From: Octopus sinensis
Taxonomy: Eukaryota
Reading direction: 5' to 3'
Length of the DNA: 64,000 nucleotides
Assembly (NCBI RefSeq): GCF_006345805.1
Contig: NC_043005.1
Location: 620,001 to 684,000, forward strand
Below the pieces are notes generated by a model. That model searched no databases, was not told where the DNA came from, and worked only from the letters and a program-made list of their open reading frames with translations. The position numbers and the translations under genes are program-made. Each line of letters starts with the position of its first letter. Position 1 is the first letter of the stretch. Of this stretch, positions 14,363-28,111 are shown piece after piece.

Positions 14363-15317
14363 ACCATATTTAAGTCACAATATATGGCTTCAAGTAATCC
14401 GGGAATATTCATAAAAAAGCTACTTAATGTATCATTCTACGAAACAGAATACAAAGGAAAATGATAAGGAGTGTATAACAATATAAATGACGGGAGTAAA
14501 TATAATGATAAAGTTTATTTAACTATAAGAAAATTCAAATATCACAACACATTGTTTTGTAATTTAAGGCATGTTAACATAATTTATTTTGTTATATTTA
14601 ATAAATAAATTACTTATCTTCAAAAATCGTTCTAAACAATGCAGAAATTAAGCTACGTCCTTAGATGAAAGAAAACTCTTTCTTTAATACTAAATACTTT
14701 AGAATCTAACAAAGATTTTTCTTTTCACCTGAGAATTTAGTTAAAATTTCTGCTTTGTTTTAAACGATTTTTTGTATTAATGCAGACATGTAAGTCACTC
14801 ATATCGCTTGACCGTCGTGTCTTGTCCCAGACATTGGTCTGATTACGCTGGAGCTTATACTCTTCCGCTTCTTATGGAGGGGATGCGTCCCGGTGGTCAG
14901 GCGGTCTATCTGCTGTCAACACCCGCTGCGTGGTGGACTGAGCATGGTGGTTGATGATGTGCAGTTATGCACTGAGGCTACGAGAACTCCAGTGCTTCCT
15001 TGACGGTGGACAGGTGTGATTGGCATTCGCCAGACACGTATTTCCGCAGTTAGTTTCTTTAGCGGAGATGCAATCCTTGGTAAAACAGAGATCGAAGGGG
15101 TGCATTTGGAAAGTGGAATGTCTTCAAGTGCTTCCCTCAGCTAATAGGGAACTGCTTAGGTGGAACATCCACTTTAGTATTTTATAGAGGATTAGTGGAG
15201 GAAAAGTGCGACAATGTTATTGGGGTGGCCTTGGGCATCGAGGGAGATCTGCTAGTCGCTCTTTTCCGGAGAACTTTCGGGCTGTGACCAATGGATAATT
15301 TCTAAAAATCTCTGACC

Positions 15318-16030
15318 TGGAAGTGCTACTGGGTAGCTTTGCCTGTTCGGGATAAACTTTACAGGCACGGAAGTGTCGTCAGCCGAGCATGTCCGAGATG
15401 CATGCAGGACGACGAGAAAGTCCTGCATGCACTCGTCCAGTGTCCGAGCATTGCTGTCCTCTGGGTTTATGTCGGACACCTGCTGTCGCGTGTGGGACGG
15501 ATCCGGCTGTCAACTGAATCCATTGCGAAGATCACCCTGCCGCCTTCCCTTAGCCGGGAAGGAAAGGCTGTTTTTATATGTCCGGTGGCCATGGCGAAAG
15601 AGGTTGTATGGTGGACGAGATTGAAGGGACTGAAGACAAACACTTTTCTCTTGGCCAATCCCTGTTGAACTTTTTCAAGTTTCACTTTTAGCCAGTTTGC
15701 TAAAAGGTGGATGAAAGAGGCGAGAATGGTGTGAGTGAACGAGCCTGCCCTGAGCATTCGCCTGTAGTTGGAAAAAAGGAAAGGAAAATAGGCACCTACC
15801 CCAAAAGTCAGGGTACCCATGGTTTTTTTACGGGCTTTTTCCATGAGCATCCCTCGAACGTCTCCTCCCTACTGAGGATTACACAGCGTTGATTTCTCTC
15901 TCATTGAAAAAAATTTGTTAGACTTGCTTACACACAAAATCCTTACAACACACTCTCACACATATACACGAGATTTTGTTTTGTCCTGAGCTGTCCATAA
16001 TGATTTTCTAACGTAAACCTTTGTGGTAAA
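15318..16030 (+). mobile_element. 5'-truncated Tx1-like LINE (ORF2 C-terminal Zn finger plus 3' UTR)
   Basis: LPVRDKLYRHG..CPRC..DEKVLHALVQCP..LSTESI..AKEVVWWTRLKGL is homologous to the 43247-46642 ORF2 C-terminus. Ends ccttTGTGGTAAATAAAGAAAT next to (ATC/ATT)n. Confidence 0.85.
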
Positions 16031-16049
16031 TAAAGAAATCATCATCGTT

Positions 16050-16094
<45 letters not shown>

Positions 16095-17009
16095 TAAAAC
16101 AGTTTGCTTCAACCCCATGTGATGTAACGTTTTGTAGCAGAAGTTCGTCTCTTTCATTAGATTACCAAATGGAGAAACACAGGAACTTGTATCCAGGTAT
16201 GGGTGGCGTATCTGGTATTCCTTGAAGAAAATTGTCCGTTTAAAGTGATGGGATCCTTTTTCCTTTTTTATCAGTTTTGGGACAATGTTAAATAGGGGAG
16301 AGCCTGTTGAGGAAAAGTTGTGTCGCAGTGTACCTATATGTTATGATCCTGAATTGTGCCGGGTACGTATGGCCTGTGGTCCCAGCCTTGGATGAACCTT
16401 GAAACTAATGCCCAGGTCGTTTGGGCAATGCAGAATGTATTTTCTTCACATTGTGCAATTGATGTACCGCTCGCGGCGGCGCTGGAGAGAGTAGAGTTTC
16501 AAGGCTTTAAGGGGGGCCCAGTAATCGAGATCAGTCATGCCTTCAATTCGTTTAGTGAGTGCCCTCTGGGGTGATTCAATATATATAGAAGGGGTGTATT
16601 TCCACGCGGGAAAAAGTATAGAGAATTTGTTTTTGAATATGCACCTGACTTTGAAAAACTTGCTTTTAAATAAATTAATTTACATACATACCAATAATTT
16701 TCAATATTTTTTGTCAATAGTATAAACGTATATAAAACAATGCGAAGAAGAAAACTAGTTTAAATGATTAAATGTTCACAAAATTCAATAACAGGGGTAG
16801 ATAATATCAAAAATGATCGGCGAAGAATATAAAAAATAGTGGATTACTAGAAGTTCAGTGAAACTGAGTTATTATAGAATATTTGGACAAGAGAGAGAAA
16901 AGAAAAAAAATCTTGCGTGTTATTCTTTTTCCGTCGCGTACAGGGCTTTTCGCTTTTAACGGAATGTTTTGGAATTAGTGTATGTATGTATATATATATA
17001 TATATACAT

Positions 17010-17212
17010 GAGATCTCGTGAGCACCGCCAGCAATTTTTTTCCTCTGTCTTCCCTTCTCGGGATCTTTCCTTCTCCTTTGTTTCCGACGAAGAGCTCCGC
17101 TCGAAACGTTGAACCCTCCTTCTTCCCTTCTTTCCTGGGCTTCCAATAATACTTTAATTGTTCCACGTCCTCGCGTTGCTGTGTTTTTTTTTCTGTGTTT
17201 TCTTGTTTGGAT

Positions 17213-17218
<6 letters not shown>
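17010..17218 (+). mobile_element. Short (TA)n-flanked insert with a hammerhead-like motif (variant or decayed core)
   Basis: tttc-CGACGAA-GAGC-tcc-GCTC-GAAA-CGTTG at 17081-17111. Confidence 0.45.
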
Positions 17219-17260
<42 letters not shown>

Positions 17261-17674
17261 TCTTCCTCCGCGGACGGATCTACTTTTTGATTCGTTATAA
17301 TTCTGATCGCGTCTTATTCTTTCTGATGGTCAAGTTTAGCGTTTCTGCTTGGTTGACCCGGTTGGTTGATTCTCATAAAGGGTCAGTTTGTTTTCCTGAG
17401 GGTCCGGTTCTGATTGGAAGTAAAATTCCATTCGTCTAGTGATTGTAAGGTCAGCAACTGGTGTTTGAGAGGGTGTATGGTGTTATTGGATAGTATAGGT
17501 GTGTAGTTATTGTATAGAGTTGCAGTTTCGAAACCCAGGTGGAAGACTGTTACTAAAGTTTTCGAATTATGTCTGTTGTATCTGGTTGTTTTTTTGTGAG
17601 AAATTGAGCCTCTTCTACTTTCTGGTGTTGATGTTGTCAGCAAAACCAACATCTTCAGGTATTCAGCGATCTAA

Positions 17675-18790
17675 GAATGAGGCGTCATATCATATGCCTT
17701 CTTAAAGTCAATCCAAGCCACAGACATTTTTGTATGATGTTTCTTACAATGCCTCAAAACTGTTTTATCGATGACCAGGTGATCTTTGGTACCCTGAGAA
17801 CTCTTCCTACATCCTTTTTGTACACTTTGTAGTATTTCTTCTTGTGCTAGGAAAGTGTATGTAGTTTCTCAAAATATTACCCTTTCTTCTATCTTTCATT
17901 ACAAGTGTTTCCTCCCAGTCACCATCCACGCGGGGACTGTACCTTTCTGGTCACACTCATTCAATTGGGCTGCTAGTCTTTCATGCGCCGAGTGGCATCT
18001 CTTCAGCCAGAAGCCACGAATCCCATCTGGTCTGGGGACTTTCAAGTTAGGCACTTTAACCACTTGTTCTTTCACATCACCCGTCCTTATGACAATATTC
18101 CTTTATTTCTTACCTCCTTGTAATTTTGTCTTGATAGTTCCTATCCACATCGCATCCCTTTTATGCACCACCTTGTTTCCCTATAATCCACTCAAGAACT
18201 CCTGGCTTGATTACATCAGGAGCAACATTTTCCCCATTGTCTCTTTGTAACGGGCGGAAGAATTGCTTCGGGTTTTTTGAACAATCAGTTCTCCTCGAAC
18301 TGCTTATTTCTGTTCACAAATCTTCTGATCTTCTGGCTTTTTGCTATGATCCTCTGTTTTAACTGCTCTATTACTGTATCAAACCCGCTCTTCCGTATTT
18401 TATACTTCTTCCTAATTTTTCTGTCGGTCTTTTTCCCATTTTTCCAGTTTCCTCTTAACTATTGCTCAGTTTTTTCCTAGATCTTGCCTTACCCGTATTA
18501 TGTCCCGTTTCAATGCGTTCTTTCCACCATGTTCTTTTGCTCCACCATTTTTGTTCCCTTAAGTTGTAATTTCTCCTCAACAAGTAGCGCAATAGCTCGG
18601 AGATTCCTTGTTTGTGTTATGTCCTCCGACTGGATGTATGGTATAACAGTATTTATCTTTCGTGTTACTTTATTTATCATACTCCTATCTTTATCATATT
18701 CATGGGTATTTTTTTCTGAAGTCGGTGAGTCGTCTTTGAATTTCAAGCAATTCAATATGTAGTTGGTTCATTTCCCCTGCATGTCCACCC
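17675..18790 (-). mobile_element. Degenerate R4/Dong-like non-LTR RT fragment
   Basis: KVPRPDGIRGFWLKRCHSAHERLA; GTKDHLVIDKTVL..MSVAWIDFKKAYDMTPH. Confidence 0.7.
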
Positions 18791-18984
18791 ACCACAGTAT
18801 CAGGGTTATCAAAGACCTAATCAACAGCATGGAGTTCTTCTCTGCACGACAACGCCTGCCCTCATATCGCCAATATGACCAAGAAAACCATTCAAACGCA
18901 TGGCTGGGAAGTGCTGCCACACCTGCCGTACTCTTCTGATTTGGCATCAACGAATTTCCATTCCTTTCGACCTCCATCAAATGC

Positions 18985-19228
18985 TATACGCGGAGTTTCG
19001 TTCAATACTGATGCGGAATTGAGAGCTTGGTTGGATTAATTTTTCGAGTCGAAATCGGGTGATTTCTACCAACGAGGTATTGAAAATCTTGTTGAACGTT
19101 GGGGAAGAAGTTGTAAACAACACGGGTGAATACATTGGTTGATATTTAGTTGTTATTTTTTATTAAAACTTTTAAAAATCTAAATTACAAAAAAAAAAAC
19201 GGTGGTAACTTAGTTGGCAACCCAATAT
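18985..19228 (+). mobile_element. Mariner 3' fragment with TIR
   Basis: FNTDAELRAWLD..DFYQRGIENLVERW; terminal aacttagttggcaacccaata. Confidence 0.7.
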
Positions 19229-19939
19229 ATATTAAGCACTGTTCACGTTAAGTTATCAAATATTCACTTATTTTTCATACATAACGAAATAAGATGGACT
19301 TAGTTTATCGCATTAGAATTAAATGTGAAAGAATAGAAGTGAAACAATATTATATCACACATCACAATATAGATCTCATTCTTTCACTTTGACACTTAAT
19401 ACCGAACCAGTGCCAATGTTATATTTTCTAAAATCCAAATTAAAAAAAATTACATGTTGACACTCAAGTATCCTAAATGTTGGAATCAGCACCGGTAGGG
19501 CAAATGCATTGTGGGATATTGTCTTGTAAGAGGAGAGGTTCGGACTAATATTTTTCTTAGTCTGTGTAATAGTCCTAGGGTCACTCTATCTTTATCCACA
19601 GTACCTTGGTATGATATATGTTCATCATTGCCAAGGTACCTGTAGCATTCTTTGTATGTTACAGGTGAGATAGTGAAACCATTGATGCACAGGTTTTGTG
19701 TCTGGGAGACTGATTTTCCGCTTTTAAAAATTAGATTGTTTATATAATTAATAATTTTATCTTAACAAAATTTTACTACAAACACACACACACAATACAT
19801 ATGTTTATAATTATATGATTAAAATGCTTATTTAATAATATTTTACATACACACATATGTACTAAAGAAAGACGGATATGTATGTAGTTAATATCATGAC
19901 TGATAAGCAGGCAGATACTAAACAGACAGACGGATGGAC

Positions 19940-19980
19940 AGACAGACAGGCAGCAAGACCAGACAAAGAGACAGGCGGCA

Positions 19981-20014
<34 letters not shown>

Positions 20015-20082
20015 CGACAGACACACAGACAGACAGACAGACAGACCAGACAGACAGACAGACAGACAACAGACAGACAGAC

Positions 20083-20177
<95 letters not shown>

Positions 20178-20190
20178 ATATAGATAGATA
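19940..20190. repeat. (GACA)n/(GATA)n microsatellite
   Basis: Directly visible. Confidence 0.95.
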
Positions 20191-20475
20191 CAAACATAAA
20201 CAGTAAATATGCAAGTAGATAGTTATGAAAAGCGGGAAAATATTCCATTTAATTCCTATATGCAATCTTATCGAAAACGTCCATACCTGGTAGAAGAGTG
20301 TGGATGAAACAAATAATCTTGATTCTTGTATGTTCCAGAAAAAAAATTCTTATCCTACGATGTCGATTGGATGTTTCTTTAGAAGTTATGAATTGCTGAA
20401 ATAGAAAAGAAAAAATTAAATATGAGGAAAATTATATACATACATACATACATACATACATACGTGTTTGTATAT

Positions 20476-20514
<39 letters not shown>

Positions 20515-20591
20515 CATCAATATATATATTATATATATATAAATTCCTCTATTTTACTTAACATCGAGGTCTCATTCATTCTTTTGTTATC

Positions 20592-20625
<34 letters not shown>

Positions 20626-20829
20626 AAAATAATACTAATAATAATAATAATAAAATAATAAAATAATAATAATAAAGATAGTAAAACACGAAGACGAACG
20701 TAACATTTCCATAAAACTATGTAAACAAAAAACAACAAACCCAGACCGTAAGGATGCATAATAATGCACGACAAGCAGCAAGCCAAAATACGACAGGCAG
20801 ACATACGAACGCGAAATAAAGCAACACAA

Positions 20830-22960
20830 CTCTAAAACCTGGAAACAAGGAAGGGGAGCCTAAAGATTATGATACTATAAAAAGTAGAATAATCAAAGAA
20901 CTGAAAAACACAGATCTCAAAATGGACCACCGACCATACCTCCCAAAAATCAAAATAGACAAAAATCAACATCAATTATAACTAGCATAAACCTAGCCGT
21001 CACAGAACTAATAGCCACTAAAACAAATAGCGATATCACTGAGCTAAATGACATAATATATGCAGCAGCCACTGCAGCCACAATAGAAGCTGGATACTCC
21101 CTCAAACCCATCCAAACAGGAGTACCACCAAACAAACCCTGTAGATAAATAACATCTCCAAAAAATACAAAAAATGAGAAAAGATCTGTCGATTCTTAAT
21201 GAAATCAGTAGACAATCAACGCTACTAGAGAAACAAAAAGAAAAAAAAGTACTGTGCAAATACAACATCACAGAAAAGATTTACCTGAGATAAAAGAAAA
21301 GCTAAAGCAAGATCCTTGCCAAAGCACAAAGGATCCGCCGGTATGAGAAACGCCAACGTTTCTTTGACAAACAAACAGTTCAACTCCAACCCAAAAAGTT
21401 CTACCAAAAACTTGGCAAAAAATAAAAATAGACATCACTGCAGCACCAACGGCAGAAGAAGTGGAAGAATTCTGTTAAGAAACATGGTCGGCGAATGAAC
21501 AACCCCAAAAAAGGAGTATTAAAACAACAAACATAGCATCTGAGCAACTTTGGACCCCCATAACAACTGAAAGCTCACCCAGGCACTGCAAAGACTAAGC
21601 AACTGGAAAGCACCAGGGCATGACAAGATCCCCAGCTTCTGGTTGAAATATCTAACAGGAATACACAAAAAGCTGGCTGAAAACTTTAACGACATACTAG
21701 CAGAGCCAGAGACAATGCCTGAATGGCTCACGAAGGGGAAAACCATCTTAATTCCCAAATTCAATGAGACAGCAAAACCAGAAAACTACAGACCTTTAAC
21801 CTGTCTCCCTACAATGTACAAAGCATTCACTGCAGTAATATCACAAAGATTGAACAAGCACCTGGACGAAAACAACCTGTTTCCAGAAGAGCAGAAAGGA
21901 TGCCGCAAAGGCTCCTATGGCTGTAAAGATCAACTATTGATTAATAAAGCAATAACTGAAGACAGCCACAAAAAGAAGAAAGGCCTCAGTATGGCCTGGA
22001 TCGACTACAGAAAGGCGTTTGATAGCATCCCCCACACATGGATCCTCGAAACACTAGCCATTAACAAAGTAGCACCAACAATAATAAAATACATAGGACA
22101 TTCTATGAATAAATGGCAAACAGTGCTACAGCTCCAAACAAAAGAGGGACTCGTGAAAACCAAAGCCATCCCCATTAGAAGAGGAATATCCAGGGAGACA
22201 AGCTCTCTCCACTCCTTTTCTGCTTGGCACTGTCACCTCTATATGATATGCTAGATAGAACTGGATGCAGATATAAATGTTACGGCAAAACGATCAGTCA
22301 CCTTTTATATATGGATGACCTAAAACTGTACGCTGCAAATTACAATCAGCTAGAAACACAATTAAAGACAGTTCGTGGAATCACCAAAGAAATAGATATG
22401 AAATTTGGATTAGAAAAATGCGCCAAAGTAACCATGAAAAGAGGAAAACTAGTTAAGAGTAGCAACATCACACTAGATAAAGCCAATGAAATAAAAGAAC
22501 TAGACCAAAGCCAAACTTACAAATATTTAGGAATCCATGAACTAGATACGATGCAACACACACAAATGAAAGAGAAAATAAATAAAGAATACTATAGACG
22601 AGTTAGATCAATACTAAAAGCAGAGCTCAATGCTAAAAACAAGATAATAGGTATTAACACTTTAGCCGTCCCAGTTATAAGTTACAGCCAGAATATCCTT
22701 AACTGGACACTAATGAACTAAGCAAAATAGATAGGAAAACAAGAAAAATAATGACAGGATCTAGGATGCACCACCCAAAATCTGACATAGAGAGGCTATA
22801 TATACAACGTATAGAAGGTGGTAGAGGCCTTATAAAGCTGGAAAACTATTATAAAATAACCACCATAGGACTATAGCTATAAAACAAATGAACAAAAGCT
22901 ATAAAACAAATGAAATCCAAACTAAAACTAGAACAGCAACGGACCATGATAAAACGATGG
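20830..22960 (+). mobile_element. R4/Dong-like non-LTR retrotransposon RT pseudogene between (TAA)n-rich tracts
   Basis: NWKAPGHDKIP.FWLK, NYRPLTCLPTMYK, EQKGCRKGSYGCKDQLLINKAI, AWIDYRKAFDSIPH, LLYMDDLKLYA, FGLEKC, YKYLGI; frameshifted. Confidence 0.88.
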
Positions 22961-23199
22961 CAAGAAAAACTAAATGCAAATGAAATAGATAGAGAAAAAT
23001 CCCAGGATTGGTTGAGAAACTTTTTTTTTGTTTATTTTTTATTTTTATGCATTAGACATTCACTAGTACAACACCCAAAAAAAAAAGAAAATAAAAAACC
23101 CCAAATATATGGCACAGAACTTCTAACCTGTTTTCTCTTGAGGTCTCTGGGTGAGACTTGGAACCAACTTGTACAGACATAAAGCAAAAGTCAAACATA

Positions 23200-23277
<78 letters not shown>

Positions 23278-23279
<2 letters not shown>

Positions 23280-23832
23280 CCCTGATGCAGTACCAGGCAG
23301 TGGCTCTCATGGCTTCTGATCTTAACTGATTGGAAGTGTTATCATGTACATTGTTTTGTCTTGGTATAAAAGATGGGCTACAGCAAATATTCTGCTCAAT
23401 ACCACAGATTTGCTTGTCAGTTGTTTGACCGTAACCAGTTGAGCATGTCCCTTGGTGGCTGACGATATGTGCATCTCTGATCACGAGCAGAAGTAGTGGG
23501 GGAGCATCAAAGCCATGTGTTGAGAGGGATTCTTTGGGGTTTGAATAATTCACCTCTGGAAACATGGGTGGTTCTTTCAACTCCTTAAACAACCCTTATT
23601 CAGGGACCTTTTGAGCGGGATGGGCTACTCAACCTGAAGAAAATTCTAACTGGGCCCCACCTGCAAGGTCATGTGCTGTTTATTGATATGAGATCACCAT
23701 GTCGCGCACATATGGTTGTGATGCCTGTGCCTGGTGTACCTTTATCAGAAGGGTAGTCATGATGGGTATATTGGGCTTCGTATATTTTACCCCAGTGTCA
23801 CTCTGATGGCATGCACTGCTCTCTCACTCAAT
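23278..23832. repeat. Unclassified ~550-bp non-coding segment bounded by (TAA)n on both sides, probably an interspersed repeat
   Basis: Sharp compositional boundaries at the (AAT)n tracts; no credible ORF. Confidence 0.45.
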
Positions 23833-24919
23833 AATAATAATAATGATAAATACAAAATTTACCAAATTTATGAAAGGAGATAAATTCTACCACATATCTT
23901 GAAGTAAATTACGTAATAGCTTCTGGGTAAACAGCATTCATTGTTTTCTGGTTTGGAGCAGAGATAAATAAGTTTTGCAAATTACCAACCCAGGCGCATG
24001 TACATAGCCACCCAAACCCAAACCCATAGACACACTCAAATACTCACACGCTCACACACATACATACGCACACACACATATATATGCACACACACATATA
24101 TACGCACACACACATATATGCGCACACACACAACACACAAATATGCACACACTCGCACTCGCATACATATATACACACACACGTACATACATACATACAT
24201 ACAGACAGACATATATACATACGTGTGTATGCACATGCACACTGACGCACGCACATGCGCACAACCAACCAAACAAAAAGAACGCAGCTTCAATAACGGA
24301 CAGAGTCAACAACTATTGGGGAGGTTACAAGAAGCAGCGAAAATTTTAGATGGAAAATTTTAGATGGTGAATTCCAACTCTGCTATTCACGTTTTATTTA
24401 TATTCTTATATAGGATATAAAATAATATAGTAAAAATAAATGAAATGAAGTATTGTCTGTTCTTATTGAACAAATGAAATATTAAGTATTAAATATATGT
24501 TGTGACTGGGGAGGGTCATATTGTCTATGCCTTGATATCCATCACACTCACCGGTTTCATTTCTGATCATTCATTATCGATATTTCTTCTTCCAAAATTC
24601 TCGTTGCTTTTGCAAGCTTGTCGATGGATATTGACTCTGTCCGTTATTGGAGATGCGTTCTTCGTTGCCTGTTTGTGAGCATATGTGTGCGTCAGTGTGC
24701 ATGTGTGCAAATGTGCTTGTGTATGCACATGCATGCAATTATGCATATATGTATGAAAGTATGTATGCATGTATGTATACATATATACATGTATACACAT
24801 ATACATACACATTTGCGGTGTGTGTGTGTGTTCTTGCTTGTCCGTATTACCTATGTACCTATCTATTTCTACTTAACTATGTATCTATCTGTTTATTTAC
24901 ATATCCATTTATCTACCTA

Positions 24920-24966
<47 letters not shown>

Positions 24967-25267
24967 CAAAGTGGAGTTGTAAGGTATATATATACGCACA
25001 TATAATGGTATTTTCTATATAAGTTTAAGTTTATGGCGATCACTGTGCAATGACTAAGGAAGATATTCTAATAAAGGGGCATATATACCCTCGACAGAAA
25101 AAAAGGGGAGCTTTTCTATCCGCGTAGGAGTCTAACCTATATCTCTTTGTTAACGCGACAAAGTGTGTTACCTTTGCACAAGTGAATCAGCCTCCCCATT
25201 TAAGTCAAATTTACCATTATTATTATTTACAGGATTGTAAAAACGGCGCGTATAAAAAAACATTCGC

Positions 25268-25697
25268 ATTAAGTTGGAAACTAAGTTCCCGCCGTTTATT
25301 CAAATTTTGGAATCTATTTTTTTTTTCGTGAATTCTATTTTTAAATCATTTTGGAATCTATTTTGTTTTTTTTTCTTTCTAGTTAATTTTAGTTACTTTT
25401 TGTTTATTTTCAGATCATTAAAATGGAATGTCAAGTTAAGAAAAACGAGCATTTTCGACACCTCCTTCTTTTTGCATTTAATCAAGATTCTAAGGCTGCA
25501 GAAGCTGCTCGCGCCATTTATGCTGTGTATGGAGAGGGTGCCATCGCCGAAAGTACCGCTCGTGATTGGTATGCCAAGTTCAAAAATAGAAATTTTAACT
25601 TCAAAGACGCACCTCATTCTGGCCGTCCAGTTGAGTTCGATGAAGAGCGATTAAAGCAACTTTTGCACGAAAATTCTCGTCAAACGACAAGGGAACT
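25268..25697 (+). mobile_element. Mariner 5' fragment (TIR plus HTH region of the transposase)
   Basis: MECQVKKNEHFRHLLLFAFN..KAAEAARAI..VYGEGAI..TARDWYAKFK..SGRPVEFDEE; truncated after RQTTREL. Confidence 0.85.
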
Positions 25698-26620
25698 CCA
25701 GCGCTTTGTTTCTTCCCTGCGAGGGGATGGTGAGTGCTCTTCCCCTCTGTGACCTGGTGGGCAGAATCTACTAAGGTCATGGTTGTCTAGATAGTTACAG
25801 TCATAGCTTAATTTAAGGAGGAAGCGCAGTTCCCTCTTGTTGACTTCACGGAACTCTACTTAACTCTCACAGATAGTCTCAATGCGTTTCTCCACAGCAA
25901 AATCTATGTCTATAGATGGGTAGAGTGAAATTACATCCACACTACCCACTACACAACCTGTCGTTGGAGTGGTTGCAACTACTGATTCTATTGAGGAGAT
26001 CCTCCGGCTCATACAGGCATCTAGGAACATTTCAGTGAGTGGTCGTAACATCTGTGAGAGGAAGTAAGATAGCCTATAATTGCTGGAGATATTCGCTCCG
26101 CAAACTGGCTGGGTTGGCGGCCCCAAAATAGGGTTTAGGTAGGGTTTATGGTCTATTCATAACCCGACATCGTTATTGAATGCTTGGAAATTTTGTGCAG
26201 TCTTTTTCCAGGGTGAAAGTGTGTTGCACCACATTCCCATGTGTGCATTGAGGAGTTTTTCCACTCTTTCATGTTCCTGTGGTGCAACTTCTCTCATGCT
26301 ATTGATGAGTTGTTGCATGGTTTGGACATAGTTCTGTGAGATGTCTATTGACAGTCTGCCAGGCTTGTCCGTAGGGAGGCACACTAATTCCCTGTTCATA
26401 ATTCGCTGTTTCAGCTTTTGTAGGCCTTTGGCGACTATTGAACTGAGTTGGTGGGCCACCCCCTCATTATGCTTTTTAGTGGTTTTGTTGTATCGGTCCA
26501 AGATGAATCGGAGTTTATTTCTAGCTAAAGAAATGTTTGCCTCTGTCTCGCTGTCATTCAACCCTTTTGTTGAAGGGTAAGTCTGTGGGGTAGATCCTCG
26601 TCGTTTCGTACGATTTGGCG
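25698..26620 (-). mobile_element. Degenerate Penelope-like RT fragment of a different lineage
   Basis: LVCLPTDKPGRLSI; YGL..PILGPPTQPVCGA; VGSVDVISLYPSID. Confidence 0.65.
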
Positions 26621-26816
26621 TTGGAGTTATAGAAGGCAGAGTCAAGGGTGCTACCGCTATCACTACTGTTGCAGCAGTTATTGTTGTTGTTGCTGGTGTT
26701 GTGTTCATTGTCGATGTTGTTATTGATGTTGTTGTTGAGGTTGTTGTTGCTGGTGGTGTTGATAGTGACAGGCACATAGACTGATAGATAGAGATTAGAT
26801 GTGTGTATGTGTGTGC

Positions 26817-26860
<44 letters not shown>

Positions 26861-27288
26861 ACAATCAAGGAACGGCCATAATAGGCCATTCACCCACTAG
26901 AAATAACAGCCAAAGCTGTTTTTTAAATTTTCTCCTGGTTTACGGAATTAATTTTTATTTGCGGTTGAAGCTTTGGCTGTTATTTCTAGTGGGTGAATGG
27001 CCTATTATGGCCGTTCCTTGATTGTTGATGTTGAACTTAAAAATGGTCTATGACTATTTAATTTTTTCCCACTAGGCGCTGGTGGCAAAAGAATTCTACA
27101 AAATTTTTTTGCCACCCTATATTGATTAATTATGAATTTTCTGGTTAATTCCGTAATGGATCGACGGCTTATATTTATTTGCTGCCGATAAATTTGGCGC
27201 GAGTGCGACGATTTGAAAATTTTTAGGTCAGATATAACCTTGGCAAGGTCGGATTTGCCTCGTGAAAATATCTGTTCCGACTTGGGCT

Positions 27289-27395
27289 ATTTCTTACTGA
27301 AGAATCTGAGGGCCTTTGGAAGATTGGCTTGATTTAATTTAATCAGGTTAGTTTACCATTAATCAGCAGATGAAACGGTATATCGTATAAGAAAT
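27289..27395 (+). ncRNA. Type I hammerhead ribozyme, apparently intact (copy 1)
   Basis: Stem I ATTTCTTA/TAAGAAAT, core CTGAAGA, stem II ATCTG/CAGAT, GAAA, near-palindromic stem III ACGGTATATCGT, GUA triplet (cut after 27387). Confidence 0.88.
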
Positions 27396-27780
27396 TACAA
27401 GGTAAATGTTTTTTAAATTTTCTCCTGGTTTACGGAATTAATTTTTATTTGCGGTTGAAGCTTTGGCTGTTATTTCTAGTGGGTGAATGGCCTATTATGG
27501 CCGTTCCTTGATTGTTGATGTTGAACTTAAAAATGGTCTATGACTATTTAATTTTTTCCCACTAGGCCGCTGGTGGCAAAAGAATTCTACAAAATTTTTT
27601 TTGCCACCCTATATTGATTAATTATGAATTTTCTGGTTAATTCCGTAATGGAATCGACGGCTTATATTTATTTGCTGCCGATAAATTTGGCGCGAGTGCG
27701 ACGATTTGAAAATTTTAGGTCAGATATAACCTTGGCAAGGTCGGATTTGCCTCGTGAAAATATCTGTTCCGACTTGGGCT

Positions 27781-27887
27781 ATTTCTTACTGAAGAATCTG
27801 AGGGCCTTTGGAAGATTGGCTTGATTTAATTTAATCAGGTTAGTTTACCATTAATCAGCAGATGAAACGGTATATCGTATAAGAAAT
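27781..27887 (+). ncRNA. Type I hammerhead ribozyme, apparently intact (copy 2)
   Basis: Same motif as copy 1; predicted cut after 27879, 492 nt from the first. Confidence 0.88.
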
Positions 27888-28111
27888 TACAAGGTAAATG
27901 TTTTTTAAATTTTCTCCTGGTTTACGGAATTAATTTTTATTTGCGGTTGAAGCTTTGGCTGTTATTTCTAGTGGGTGAATGGCCTATTATGGCCGTTCCT
28001 TGATTGTTGATGTTGAACTTAAAAATGGTCTATGACTATTTAATTTTTTCCCACTAGGCCGCTGGTGGCAAAAGAATTCTACAAAATTTTTTTTTGCCAC
28101 CCTATATTGAT

